The notes under the pieces: generated by a model
Databases searched by the model: none
What the model was told of the DNA's origin: nothing
The model's input: only the letters and a program-made list of their open reading frames with translations
NCBI GenBank assembly: GCA_041649655.1
Contig: JBAZMO010000001.1
Span: 173 to 64,172 of the forward strand
DNA from: Patescibacteria group bacterium
Lineage (GTDB): Bacteria > Patescibacteriota > Patescibacteriia > 2-01-FULL-39-33
Direction: 5' to 3'
Length of the DNA: 64,000 nt
Part shown: in pieces, positions 7,907 to 17,986 of the stretch
How the letters are laid out: each line of letters begins with the position of its first letter
Position numbering within the stretch: the first letter of the stretch is position 1
Translations under genes and position numbers: made by a program

Positions 7907-9640
7907 ATGGTAAATTATAGCCATCAATTTATGGATTATGCCATTGAAAAAATCAAACGCGAGTTGATTGAGGCCGTGGCCGCGGCCGTCGGCCAGCCGG
8001 TAGACAAGTCGAAACTGGAAGTGACTCGGCCGCCGGAAGAGAGTTGGGGCGATTTTAGCGTATCTTGTTTTTATCTGACTAAACTCCTGCGCATTTCGCC
8101 CAATCAGATCGCCCAGGAATTGCAAAGCAAAATTTCCGCCAAGGGCTCAATCAAGTCCGTGAAGAATATCGGTCCCTACCTTAATTTTTATTTGGATGAC
8201 AAGCAATTGATTTCCAGAGTTATTAAAGAGATTAAAAGTAAGGGCGAAAAATACGGCCGCCGGCCGGCCGTCAAAGAAAAAATCATGGTGGAGTATTCCC
8301 AACCCAATACTCATAAGGAATTCCATATTGGTCATTTGCGCAATGTTGTTCTGGGATCATCACTAGTCAATCTGATCCGCGCGTCAGGCGCAAAAGTGAT
8401 CGCCGCCAATTATATCGGCGATATCGGCTCGCATGTCGCTAAGACGCTGTGGGTCTTGGAAAAATTCCATCAGAGCGAGCTGGAGCCGGCGCAGCACAAG
8501 GGCCAGTATTTGGGCAAATTGTATGCCGAAGCGGTTAACTTGTGCGAAGCTAATGAAGAGCATAAGCAAGAGGCCGCCGAAGTCCAAAAAAAATTGGAAA
8601 GCGGCGACAAGCATTTGACGGCTTTATGGAAAAAAACCAGGCAATGGTCATTGCAGGAATTCGATGGCATTTATGATACTCTGGGCGTCAAGTTTGACAA
8701 AGTTTTTTTTGAGAGCGAAGTTGAGAAACCGGGCAAGCAGATGGTAGCTGAGTTGTTGGAAAATAAAATCGCCGAGCGATCTCAGGGCGCAGTCATCATT
8801 AATTTGGAAAAATACGGCCTGAAGCAATTCTTGCTGTTGAAGTCCGACGGTTCGTCTTTGTATTCGACTAAGGAACTGGCGCTGGCCAAATTGAAATTCG
8901 AAAAGTACAAAATCGACGCCTCCTATGTCGTGGTCGACAGCCGCCAGAGTTTTTATTTCCAGCAATTTTTCAAGACACTGGAAGTGATCGGCTTCCGCAA
9001 GAAGACCGCGCATATCGCTTATGAATTCGTCACTTTGCCGGAGGGTGCGATGGCTTCCCGCAAGGGTAATGTGGTATTATTCGAGGATTTGTTGGCGGAG
9101 ATGACGGCTTTGGCTGAGGCGGAAACTGCGCAACGGCATGGCGATTGGTCGGAAGCGGAGATTAAAACCGTGGCGAATAAGATCGCTTTAGCGGCCATTA
9201 AATTCTCGATGATTCGAGTCGGGCGCGGCAGCGCGATTGTCTTTAATCAAGCTGAGGCCTTGTCATTCGACGGCTATTCCGGCCCTTATCTGCAGTACAC
9301 TGTTTCTAGGATTAATAGCTTGCTTAAAAAAGCCAAAGCCGGTCCGGCCAAAGAGGCGGATTACTCGCTTTTAAACGAGGCATCGGAAAGAGAGTTAGTC
9401 ATCAAGCTGGCACAATTCCCGGAAACGATCTCGATGGCCGTTGAAGAATTCGAGCCGAGCCGGCTGGCGCAATACTTGTTCGAATTGGCCAAGATTTTTT
9501 CCGGCTATTACCAAGCCGTGCCGATTTTGGGTTCTCCGGCCGAGACCGCCGCGGCGCGTTTGGCATTGGTTGCTTCTGTCAGGCAGGTGCTCGCCAATGG
9601 CTTGTCGCTTTTGGGCATTGAAATTCTGGAGCGGATGTAG
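7907..9640 (+). CDS. argS: arginyl-tRNA synthetase
   Basis: HIGH-type motif variant (HIGHLRNVVLG). DALR anticodon-binding C-terminal domain. Overall ArgRS-like sequence. Start assigned to ATG at 7907 (MVNYSHQF...). Confidence 0.9.
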   Translation: MVNYSHQFMDYAIEKIKRELIEAVAAAVGQPVDKSKLEVTRPPEESWGDFSVSCFYLTKLLRISPNQIAQELQSKISAKGSIKSVKNIGPYLNFYLDDKQLISRVIKEIKSKGEKYGRRPAVKEKIMVEYSQPNTHKEFHIGHLRNVVLGSSLVNLIRASGAKVIAANYIGDIGSHVAKTLWVLEKFHQSELEPAQHKGQYLGKLYAEAVNLCEANEEHKQEAAEVQKKLESGDKHLTALWKKTRQWSLQEFDGIYDTLGVKFDKVFFESEVEKPGKQMVAELLENKIAERSQGAVIINLEKYGLKQFLLLKSDGSSLYSTKELALAKLKFEKYKIDASYVVVDSRQSFYFQQFFKTLEVIGFRKKTAHIAYEFVTLPEGAMASRKGNVVLFEDLLAEMTALAEAETAQRHGDWSEAEIKTVANKIALAAIKFSMIRVGRGSAIVFNQAEALSFDGYSGPYLQYTVSRINSLLKKAKAGPAKEADYSLLNEASERELVIKLAQFPETISMAVEEFEPSRLAQYLFELAKIFSGYYQAVPILGSPAETAAARLALVASVRQVLANGLSLLGIEILERM

Positions 9641-9693
9641 TTGGATTTGGTTGGAGTTTTGTGCTATAATTATTTCAGTTAACTTTTTCAATC

Positions 9694-10077
9694 ATGGCTC
9701 AATCATCAAAGAAAATCGCCTTAATTGAAGACGAAAAAGATCTCGCCGGAATTTATAATCTCAAATTGCAAATGGATGGCATCAATACGGTTGTCATTAA
9801 TGACAGCTTGAAAGCGCTGGAGGTTTTACGTCGGGAAAAACCAAATCTTGTCCTTTTAGACATTATGATGCCGGATTTGAATGGTTTTGAACTTTTTGCT
9901 AAAATCAAAAAAGACCATAATCTTAAGGATGTTAAGGTTTATATCTGGAGTAATCTGGCTCAGAAAAGAGAGCAGGATCAGGCAAAAAAAATGAAAGTCG
10001 ACGGTTATCTGATTAAGTCCGATTACACGCCGTCAACTTTATCAGCTAAGGTCAGGGAGTTGTTGGGAAAAAAATAA
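9694..10077 (+). CDS. stand-alone response-regulator receiver (CheY-like) protein
   Basis: LLDIMMPDLNGFELFAKIKK phospho-acceptor region. Conserved K near the C-terminus. No output domain. A TGTGCTATAAT extended -10 lies at 9660..9670. Confidence 0.85.
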   Translation: MAQSSKKIALIEDEKDLAGIYNLKLQMDGINTVVINDSLKALEVLRREKPNLVLLDIMMPDLNGFELFAKIKKDHNLKDVKVYIWSNLAQKREQDQAKKMKVDGYLIKSDYTPSTLSAKVRELLGKK

Positions 10078-10095
10078 TAAATAATCTAATAAATT

Positions 10096-10290
10096 ATGTC
10101 CAAACCAGTTATCAGCGACGCCTGCATCGCTTGCGGCACTTGCGAAGCGATTTGCCCGGAAGTTTTTAAGGTCTCAGAAATCGAAGGCAAAATGATTGCT
10201 CATGTTTTGGAAGCGGATTATGAGGCCTTGGCGGCCAAGATCGATGAAGCGATTGGCGCCTGTCCCGTGCAGTGCATTTCTAAAGAGTAA
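10096..10290 (+). CDS. 4Fe-4S ferredoxin
   Basis: CIACGTCEAICP ... CPVQCI cysteine motifs; 64 aa. Confidence 0.8.
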   Translation: MSKPVISDACIACGTCEAICPEVFKVSEIEGKMIAHVLEADYEALAAKIDEAIGACPVQCISKE

Positions 10291-10406
10291 TCTTAGCCGT
10301 TGAAACCGTCCGTCTGCCGGGCGGTTTTTTTGATCGATTCGCTAAGTTATGGTTGACTTTCATAGGACTTTTCTGGTATATTTCAGATATTAAATTCGCA
10401 TCATTT

Positions 10407-13337
10407 ATGTCAACAGCCAAATCCAATTCGAGCGCCGGGACAGAAAAAAAATGGATCAACCCGATTCCTGAAAGAGAAAAGGAGATTCAGAAGTTTTGGG
10501 AAGATCAGAAAATTTTTGAGAAATCCTTGCAGCAAACTAAAAATGGCCAGGCCTATTCTTTTTACGATGGTCCGCCTTTTGCCACTGGCCTGCCGCATTA
10601 CGGTCACATGGTCGCCAGTTTGATGAAAGATGTCGTACCGAGATTTTGGACGATGCGCGGGCGTTATGTCGAGCGGCGTTGGGGCTGGGATTGTCATGGT
10701 TTGCCGATTGAGAATATCGTGGAAAAGGAATTGGGTTTCAAAAGCAAGAAAGACATCGAGGATTACGGCGTGGCCAGGTTCAATGAATATTGCCGCAGCA
10801 AGGTTTTGGGTTATGCTGGGGATTGGAAAAAGACTATTGCGCGTTTCGGCCGCTGGGCGGATATGGAGCATCCCTACCAGACCATGGATTTGGATTATAT
10901 GGAAAGCATCTGGTGGGTGTTCAAGGAACTGTATGATCGCGGCTTAGTGTACGAGGGCTATAAATCCATGCATGTCTGCCCCAGATGCGAGACCACTTTA
11001 AGCCAGCAGGAAGTCAGCGAGGGCTATAAAGATATCAAGGACTTATCAGTGATCGCTAAATTCGAACTAACCGATGAGCCGGGAACTTATGTCTTGGCTT
11101 GGACGACGACGCCCTGGACTTTGCCGGGCAATGTGGCTTTGGCGGTGGGGGAAGAGATTGAATATATTGAAGTAAGAATCATGAATCATGAATTGCGGAC
11201 TAATGAATTATGTATTTTAGCTAAGGCGCGGCTGGTGGATATTATGGGCGATAAAGAGTATGAAATAGTTAAAGAATTAACAGGAAAAGAATTAGTCGGC
11301 AAGAAATATAAGCCGTTGTTTCCGTATTACGAAAGCGATGAGGCCAAGGCTAAAATTCCTAACGCTGAAAACTTGTATACTATTGTAAGCGCTGATTTCG
11401 TGACGACTGAAGATGGCACTGGTGTGGTGCATATCGCTCCGGCTTATGGCGAAGAAGACATGCAGCTTGGCCGGGAAAAGGACTTGGCTTTCATCCAAAA
11501 TGTCACCTTAAGCGGCAATTTCAAAGATGAGGTCGTTGATTTCGCCGGCCTGAATGTTAAGCCGATAGGGGAGACCCAAAAGACAGATGTGGAAATCATT
11601 AAGTACTTGGCTGATAAGGGATTATTGTTTGCTAAAGAAAAATATGAGCATAGTTATCCGCATTGCTGGCGTTGCGATACTCCGTTGATTAATTACGCTA
11701 CCAGTTCGTGGTTTGTTAAAGTCACTGATATCAAATCGAAGGCCTTAAAATACGCTCAGGATATCAATTGGTCGCCGGATCATATTAAAGAAGGCCGTTT
11801 TGGCAAATGGCTGGAAGGCGCGCGCGATTGGTCGATTTCCCGCCAGCGTTTCTGGGCGTCAGTCATTCCGATTTGGAAATGCGAGTGCGGAGAAATGAAG
11901 GTTTACGGTTCAGCGGCTGAGTTGGAAAAGGACAGTGGTGAAAAAATCACTGATTTGCACAAGCATTTTGTCGATCAGATTGAAGTGCCATGTTCTTGCG
12001 GCCGGAAAATGAAACGGATTCCCGATGTTTTGGATACTTGGTTTGATTCCGGTTCCATGCCCTATGCCCAGCAGCATTATCCGTTTGAAAATAAGGAAAA
12101 ATTCGAGGCCGGTTTTCCGGCGGAATTCATTGCCGAGGGTATTGATCAGACCCGCGCTTGGTTTTATTATCTGCAGGTGATTGCGGCGGCGATCAAACAA
12201 GGCGCGGCCTTCAAGAATGCGATTGTCAACGGCATTGTCGTAGCTGGCGACGGCAAGAAGATGTCCAAAAAATTAGGCAATTATACCGAGCCGGAAGTTA
12301 TCATGGATCAATACGGCGCTGATGCCCTGCGTTATTATCTTTTGACTTCGCCGGTGATGCAGGCGGAGAATCTGAGCTTTGACGATAACGGCGTCAAAGA
12401 AGCGATGCAGAAAGTTGTCATGCTGTTGAATAATATTTTGAGCTTTTATAAATTGTATGAGATTGACGGCGATCAAACGGCCGGCGTCTCGGAAAATATT
12501 TTGGATCAATGGCTGTCGGCCAAGCTTAACGCTCTAGTCAGGGATGTGACCGCCGCCATGGAGGCCTATGATTTGCCGCGCGCCACTCGGCCATTGGCGG
12601 AATTTATCGATGAATTTTCCACTTGGTGGCTGCGGCGCAGCCGCGATCGTTTCAAATCGGACGACGAGAAAGATAAACAGCAGGCGTTAAGGACTTTCAG
12701 ACGTGTTTTAATCGAATTGTCGAAAGTAATGGCGCCGTTCACGCCGTTTGTCGCCGAATATGTCTATAAAGAAATCGGCGGAGAGTTAGAGTCGGTGCAT
12801 TTGGAAAAATGGCCGGCGGCCGGAGAAATCGACGGGAAAATTTTAGAGCAAATGGATCAGGCGAGAAAAATCGTTGAATTGGGGCTGGCGAAGCGCGCCG
12901 AAGCCGGAATCAAGATCAGGCAGCCTCTTGCTTCGCTCAAATTTCCAATTTCCAATTTCCAATTTCCAAAAGAATCGGAACAATATTATGATTTGATTCG
13001 TGATGAGATTAATGTTAAAGACGTGCTCGGAGAAGAAATTGAAAATCTTGAACTCGATTTTGAATTAACCGAAGGATTGAAGCAGGAAGGCGCTTTACGC
13101 GAATTGGTCAGGACGATCAACGGCCAACGCAAAGAGGCGGGGCTGACAATTAAGGATGAGATTAAAATCAGCTGGCAAAGCGACGGCGAAATTGTCAGAA
13201 ACGTCCTGGCTGATCATAATTTTTCAGAAGAATTAAAAAAGTCAACCCTCACCAGTGAATTATTAGAAGCGGAAAATGACGCCAAGCCGGTTGATATCAA
13301 CGGCGAGAAAGTTAAAATTAAAATAAAGAAAATCTGA
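10407..13337 (+). CDS. ileS: isoleucyl-tRNA synthetase
   Basis: PPFATGLPHYGH HIGH motif, KMSKKLGN KMSKS motif, CP1 editing domain, zinc ribbon CPRCETTL. Carries the in-frame repeat at 12939..12969. Confidence 0.95.
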   Translation: MSTAKSNSSAGTEKKWINPIPEREKEIQKFWEDQKIFEKSLQQTKNGQAYSFYDGPPFATGLPHYGHMVASLMKDVVPRFWTMRGRYVERRWGWDCHGLPIENIVEKELGFKSKKDIEDYGVARFNEYCRSKVLGYAGDWKKTIARFGRWADMEHPYQTMDLDYMESIWWVFKELYDRGLVYEGYKSMHVCPRCETTLSQQEVSEGYKDIKDLSVIAKFELTDEPGTYVLAWTTTPWTLPGNVALAVGEEIEYIEVRIMNHELRTNELCILAKARLVDIMGDKEYEIVKELTGKELVGKKYKPLFPYYESDEAKAKIPNAENLYTIVSADFVTTEDGTGVVHIAPAYGEEDMQLGREKDLAFIQNVTLSGNFKDEVVDFAGLNVKPIGETQKTDVEIIKYLADKGLLFAKEKYEHSYPHCWRCDTPLINYATSSWFVKVTDIKSKALKYAQDINWSPDHIKEGRFGKWLEGARDWSISRQRFWASVIPIWKCECGEMKVYGSAAELEKDSGEKITDLHKHFVDQIEVPCSCGRKMKRIPDVLDTWFDSGSMPYAQQHYPFENKEKFEAGFPAEFIAEGIDQTRAWFYYLQVIAAAIKQGAAFKNAIVNGIVVAGDGKKMSKKLGNYTEPEVIMDQYGADALRYYLLTSPVMQAENLSFDDNGVKEAMQKVVMLLNNILSFYKLYEIDGDQTAGVSENILDQWLSAKLNALVRDVTAAMEAYDLPRATRPLAEFIDEFSTWWLRRSRDRFKSDDEKDKQQALRTFRRVLIELSKVMAPFTPFVAEYVYKEIGGELESVHLEKWPAAGEIDGKILEQMDQARKIVELGLAKRAEAGIKIRQPLASLKFPISNFQFPKESEQYYDLIRDEINVKDVLGEEIENLELDFELTEGLKQEGALRELVRTINGQRKEAGLTIKDEIKISWQSDGEIVRNVLADHNFSEELKKSTLTSELLEAENDAKPVDINGEKVKIKIKKI
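12939..12969 (+). repeat. (AATTTCC)n heptamer tandem repeat inside ileS, encoding FPISNFQFP
   Basis: AAATTTCCAATTTCCAATTTCCAATTTCCAA; the same 31 nt occurs in leuS at 24654..24684. Confidence 0.8.
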
Positions 13338-13354
13338 ATTTTATAATTAAAAAA

Positions 13355-13379
13355 AGCGGCTCGATTGAGCCGTTTTTTT
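13355..13379 (+). terminator. rho-independent terminator after ileS
   Basis: GCGGCTC-GATT-GAGCCG hairpin followed by TTTTTTT. Confidence 0.6.
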
Positions 13380-13387
13380 GTCCATAA

Positions 13388-13412
13388 AAAAACCGCAACC
13401 CGAGAGTTGCGG
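13388..13412 (-). terminator. rho-independent terminator after the HAD hydrolase gene
   Basis: CCGCAAC-CCGAGAG-TTGCGG hairpin, with a T-run on the minus strand (A-run 13385..13391). Confidence 0.5.
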
Positions 13413-13421
13413 CCGAAGAGA

Positions 13422-14078
13422 TTAACAGAGCGATTCCATTATCAATTGTTCTAATCTTTCCGGACTGTCAGCTGAAACAAAGTCAGTTTCTTGGCCAGTG
13501 ATCTGCCAGCCGTAGCTGACGCCGATGAAGCGCAGGCCGGCTTGTTTGGCGGCCGCATAATCGCTAAGCGCGTCGCCGATATAAATCGCTTGTTCAGGCG
13601 GGATGCCCAGATAAACAGAGGCCGATCTCAGGGCTGGCGGCTTAGTTGAGAATTGGTCAAATGCGTAGATGACTTCGAAACGATCAGCCAACTCTCCCAA
13701 GGCCTTGGAAATATTAGCCAAATTATTTAGCGAAACAATGCCTAAATAATAACCCTGGTCGTGGAGTTTTTTCAATAACTCGGGAACGCCGGGATAAAAC
13801 GGTGGCGGAGCATGATGGCTGCCGAGGCAACCGAATTCATTCAGATAATCGGCGTCATGGATCAATCCCGCTTGTTCGGCGGTCAGGCCGATATTGGTCA
13901 GGAATTTAATCATCGGGAAACCGACCAGCCGGCGCCAGGCGGCGATGTCTGAGGCCTTTGGCAGAGGCAAGCCCAGAGCGTGTTTTTTGTTTATTCCCAG
14001 GCAAAATTCAATGTGCGGCTGTAGAGAATCGACTAAGACGCCGTCAAAATCGAATAGGACTAACTTGTCCATGTTCAC
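13422..14078 (-). CDS. HAD-superfamily hydrolase (phosphatase)
   Basis: Motif I LVLFDFDGVLVDS; 218 aa. Confidence 0.8.
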   Translation of the reverse strand: MNMDKLVLFDFDGVLVDSLQPHIEFCLGINKKHALGLPLPKASDIAAWRRLVGFPMIKFLTNIGLTAEQAGLIHDADYLNEFGCLGSHHAPPPFYPGVPELLKKLHDQGYYLGIVSLNNLANISKALGELADRFEVIYAFDQFSTKPPALRSASVYLGIPPEQAIYIGDALSDYAAAKQAGLRFIGVSYGWQITGQETDFVSADSPERLEQLIMESLC

Positions 14079-14218
14079 CTCCTGTTCCGTGTTCGTGTAA
14101 AGGACTGTCAGAGCAAGAAAAGATTAGCAAAATAAGTTGGGAATGTCAAGCTGGCATCATCATCTATTATCGTTCAAGAGTCCTTTTTATTTGCCGATTA
14201 ATCTGCTAAGATGGAATT

Positions 14219-14968
14219 ATGAAAAAGATGGGAATAATCATTTTGGTTTTAGCGGTTTTGGCGATCATCAGCGGCGTTTATCTTAATCGCGCCTATGCTT
14301 TTATTTATTCTAAATTCCGGCTGGTTCAGCCGCCGGCCGTCAGGGATTATCTGACTGAAAAAACTTTAAGCGAAAAATCGCAATTAATAACTTATGTCGC
14401 ATTGGGCGATTCGCTGACTTCCGGCGTCGGCGCTTCGTCCGTTTCTTCGACTTTGCCGGCGCTCTTGGCGGAAAAAATCTCCGCCGAAAAAGGATTAATG
14501 GTGGCGGTTAAGAATCTGGGCGCGCCCGGAGCGACCAGTTTCGAACTTTTGACCGGCCAAGTTCTCGATGCCGCTCGGTATAATCCGGAGATCATTACGC
14601 TGTTTATCGGCACTAATGATCTGCATAATTTCGTGCCGTTGGAAAAATTCAAGGGCAATTTGTTGGCGGCCATCGGCGCGCTCCAACATAGCACCCAAGC
14701 CGATATTTATTTGATTAACTTGCCGTATTTAGGCGCTAAGGATTTGGTTTTATCGCCGTATGATTTATATTTTGAATGGGAATTGAAAAAATATAACGCC
14801 GCTGTCAGCGAGGCGGCGCAGGCGACCGGCGTCAGATTAATCGATTTGTATTCAATTTCGGAGCAGCCGCTGAAAGCCGATTCTAATTTGTATTGCTCGG
14901 ATCGTTTCCATCCCTCGGATCGAGGTTACGCTCTGTGGGCTGATTTGATTTATGGAGATTTTAAATAA
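14219..14968 (+). CDS. SGNH/GDSL hydrolase with N-terminal membrane anchor
   Basis: VALGDSLTSGVG GDSL block; catalytic DxxH near the C-terminus (DRFHPSDRGY). Confidence 0.8.
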   Translation: MKKMGIIILVLAVLAIISGVYLNRAYAFIYSKFRLVQPPAVRDYLTEKTLSEKSQLITYVALGDSLTSGVGASSVSSTLPALLAEKISAEKGLMVAVKNLGAPGATSFELLTGQVLDAARYNPEIITLFIGTNDLHNFVPLEKFKGNLLAAIGALQHSTQADIYLINLPYLGAKDLVLSPYDLYFEWELKKYNAAVSEAAQATGVRLIDLYSISEQPLKADSNLYCSDRFHPSDRGYALWADLIYGDFK

Positions 14969-16151
14969 TTATTGGGGATCGCAAACGGCGATTTTCACCG
15001 TTATTTTTCTGGCGGCGGTTTTTATTTCCATTTGCCGCAAAAGCGATATTCGCATCCTGTCCAAAGAGACCTCCAATGAGTTGCGCGGCTTGGCGATTTT
15101 AGGGATAATTTTCACTCATCTGACTTACGGCAAATTTTATGGCACGGAATTCTTGTTCCCCTTGGGCATTTGGGGCGGCATCGCCGTCAATTTATTTTTT
15201 TTCTTATCCGGCTACGGCTTAGCCGCTTCCGCGATTTATCATCCTAAAACATTGCTGGAGTTCTATCGCAAACGCGTAGCTAAGATCTACCTGCCACTCT
15301 GGCTTTTTTTATTTTTTGTCTTGTTGGCTGATGCTTATTTATTGAATCGTTTTTATCCGTTGGCCGAGGTTATCGCCGCTTTTTTCGGTTTTTTTCCGAG
15401 AGCCGATCTTTTTGTTTCCATTAATTCGCCTTTGTGGTTTTTAACTCCGTTGTTGTTTTATTATTTGATTTTTCCTCTCATTTTCCATCAGCGTCATCCG
15501 CGTTGGTCAGTATTGGCTATTTTTATCGTTAGTTTTTCGGCTTACTGGCCCGGTTGGCCGGTAACGGAGCAGATTTGGGAGTATTATCAAACGCATTGGC
15601 TGGCTTTTCCGTTAGGCGTGTTGCTGGCGGTGTTGACGGTCTCGCCGCAAGCGGTTTGCGCCGCGTGCGTAAGAAGCAAGCGTTGCCGATCTTATCGGTG
15701 GCTGCTTTCGGCTTGGACTAAAGACACGGAGGCCGCCGCTAAACCGTTAGCTCGCCTGATTAAAAATTTTCGATCATTGCCGTCGGTCTGGCATTGGCTG
15801 ATTTTGGTTCTTTTAACCGGTTTGGCTTGGCAGACGGCCTATCATTCCGGAGTGGGCCAGGGCTTGGAAATTGAGCAAGCTTATGCCTTAGTCACGATGG
15901 CTTGTCTGATTCTGCTGTTTGCGTTTAAGAAAACCAAATTCCGCTTACTGGAAATAATCGGTGTTTATTCTTTTGAAATTTATCTGTGGCATTGGCCGCT
16001 TTTTGGCCGTTACGGTTTTTTGTATGATTATCTGCCGCCCTGGCTGGCAACCGTTTTGTATCTGCCGCTTATACTGGGTTTGGCTTACTTTTTTAATCAT
16101 TTGGCGAAATTTGCGGTCGATCGGATTATGGCAAAAAAATGCTTTAAATGA
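14952..16151 (+). CDS. acyltransferase family 3 (membrane O-acyltransferase)
   Basis: About 10 TM helices; AT3-family profile; overlaps the SGNH gene by 17 nt. Confidence 0.7.
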   Translation: MEILNNYWGSQTAIFTVIFLAAVFISICRKSDIRILSKETSNELRGLAILGIIFTHLTYGKFYGTEFLFPLGIWGGIAVNLFFFLSGYGLAASAIYHPKTLLEFYRKRVAKIYLPLWLFLFFVLLADAYLLNRFYPLAEVIAAFFGFFPRADLFVSINSPLWFLTPLLFYYLIFPLIFHQRHPRWSVLAIFIVSFSAYWPGWPVTEQIWEYYQTHWLAFPLGVLLAVLTVSPQAVCAACVRSKRCRSYRWLLSAWTKDTEAAAKPLARLIKNFRSLPSVWHWLILVLLTGLAWQTAYHSGVGQGLEIEQAYALVTMACLILLFAFKKTKFRLLEIIGVYSFEIYLWHWPLFGRYGFLYDYLPPWLATVLYLPLILGLAYFFNHLAKFAVDRIMAKKCFK

Positions 16152-16209
16152 ATTGATTGGAAGTTTTGTCAATCAGGCCGTTTCATGTTAAAATACAAGA
16201 GTAAAAACT

Positions 16210-17118
16210 ATGGATTTTAACGAACATCAGCAATTAAATCAGATGATCGAGCCGGTTGCCGATTATCCCGCTTATCCGGCCGGCTCGCCTCTTTTTAGAA
16301 AAAATAAGAACTGGCTGAAATGGCTGTCAGTGATGGCGGCAATCTTGGCGATTTTGGGCGCGTTGGTTTTTCTATTCGTAGTTTATTCGGAAGTCGCGGC
16401 GCGCGATGCCAAGCTTAAGGGGCTTTTGAAGTCGGCGCAGCAGGGAACTTCCGGCGCGATTATCGAGAGCCAGCTGCTTGGCAGTTTGATGAACGGCCGG
16501 GATGAGGCCAGTTCGACTATTGCTGCATCAGCAACGACAACCACTGGCGACCCGTTGTTCGGAGCATCGGCCGGTTCGCAAGACAGCAACCGCCGGTTGG
16601 CCGAGAAAAGCGGCCGGCCGCAATTAGGCAATGCTTCTTCCGGCTTGGTCATAGTGGAATTCGCCGATTTCAATTGCTCCGTTTGTTTGGAGGAATTTCC
16701 GATCATTCGAGCGATTTCTAATAAGTATGCTCAAGATATTTTATTTATTTTTCGCAACTATCCGGTGATTGATCAGAATTCGCTGATGCTGGCGCAAGCC
16801 GGATTGTGCGCCGAGGAGCAAGAAAAATTCTGGCCGTTTCATGATCGTCTTTTCTCGAGTCAGGGCCGGATTTCCAGCTTGGCTGATTTTCAGAAAATCG
16901 CTGTCATGTCCGGCTTGGATTGGAATCGACTTCAAGATTGCATCAATACGGAAAAATATCGGCCGCAAGTAATGGAAGATATGCAGGACGCTTTGGATTT
17001 GGGCGCGCGCGGCACGCCGACTTTCTTTGTCAACGGTAGCAAGCTGGACGGTCCGGTCAGCGAGAGCGTTTGGGAGGAAATAATCGCCAAATATAAGGAA
17101 TTAACCAAACAGCAATAA
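16210..17118 (+). CDS. DsbA-like thiol:disulfide oxidoreductase, membrane-anchored
   Basis: N-terminal TM; thioredoxin-fold CxxC (FADFNCSVCLEEFP). Confidence 0.75.
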   Translation: MDFNEHQQLNQMIEPVADYPAYPAGSPLFRKNKNWLKWLSVMAAILAILGALVFLFVVYSEVAARDAKLKGLLKSAQQGTSGAIIESQLLGSLMNGRDEASSTIAASATTTTGDPLFGASAGSQDSNRRLAEKSGRPQLGNASSGLVIVEFADFNCSVCLEEFPIIRAISNKYAQDILFIFRNYPVIDQNSLMLAQAGLCAEEQEKFWPFHDRLFSSQGRISSLADFQKIAVMSGLDWNRLQDCINTEKYRPQVMEDMQDALDLGARGTPTFFVNGSKLDGPVSESVWEEIIAKYKELTKQQ

Positions 17119-17119
17119 T

Positions 17120-17659
17120 ATGGTGGAGATAAGGATACATGGCCGGGGCGGCCAGGGCTCAGTGACAATGGCGGAACTTTTGGCGGAGGCAGCGTTTTAC
17201 AGCGGCAAGATTTCCCAGGCCTTTCCGAATTTCGGCGTGGAGCGGCGCGGCGCGCCGGTGACGGCTTTTGTCCGTCTTGATGACAAATTCATCCGTTTGC
17301 GCAGCCAGGTCTACTCGCCTGATTATGCCATTGTCCAGGATGTGACGCTGCTGGAGGGCGGCAAGATTATGTCTGACTTAAAAAATACAGCTGCTATTTT
17401 GATGAATTCTTGCAAAGAATATGTCTGTGTTGTGCCGCGAGGAGTTAAAATCAGGGATTTGGACGCGACCGGTATCGCGCGGGAGGTTATTGGCCGGCCG
17501 ATTATCAATACGGTTCTGTTGGGGGCGTTTGCCGCCATGTCCGGATTGATCAAGTTGGACGCCGTAGAAAAAGCGATCCGCCAGCGCTTCCAAGGCGAAG
17601 TCGCCGAGCTTAACGTCCAAGCGGCGAAGCGCGGCTATGAAACTATGAGTAATAATTGA
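17120..17659 (+). CDS. porG: pyruvate:ferredoxin oxidoreductase gamma subunit
   Basis: MVEIRIHGRGGQGSVTMAELLAEAA signature. Confidence 0.85.
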   Translation: MVEIRIHGRGGQGSVTMAELLAEAAFYSGKISQAFPNFGVERRGAPVTAFVRLDDKFIRLRSQVYSPDYAIVQDVTLLEGGKIMSDLKNTAAILMNSCKEYVCVVPRGVKIRDLDATGIAREVIGRPIINTVLLGAFAAMSGLIKLDAVEKAIRQRFQGEVAELNVQAAKRGYETMSNN

Positions 17660-17937
17660 TTATGAAAAATATTTTAACTTGCCAGCCGGGAACATCCAGT
17701 CAAGTCAAAACCGGCAATTGGCGCGAAGAGCATTATCCGGAATTCAACCATGAAATCTGCATCGGCTGCAAATTGTGCGAAACGATTTGTCCCGAGGGGA
17801 TTTGTTTTGACACCGGTGAAAAAAATTCCCGGGGCAAAAATATTTTTGAAGCCGATTTGGATTATTGCAAGGGCTGCGGCCTGTGCGCCGAGGTTTGTCC
17901 GGTTAAAGCCATCACGATGCGGGAAGAAAATAAGTAA
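17656..17937 (+). CDS. porD: pyruvate:ferredoxin oxidoreductase delta subunit (2x[4Fe-4S] ferredoxin)
   Basis: CIGCKLCETICP and CKGCGLCAEVCP motifs. Confidence 0.85.
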   Translation: MIMKNILTCQPGTSSQVKTGNWREEHYPEFNHEICIGCKLCETICPEGICFDTGEKNSRGKNIFEADLDYCKGCGLCAEVCPVKAITMREENK

Positions 17938-17986
17938 TTTAAAATTTATTAAAAATTGAAAATTAATCATTAGAAATTATCATATT

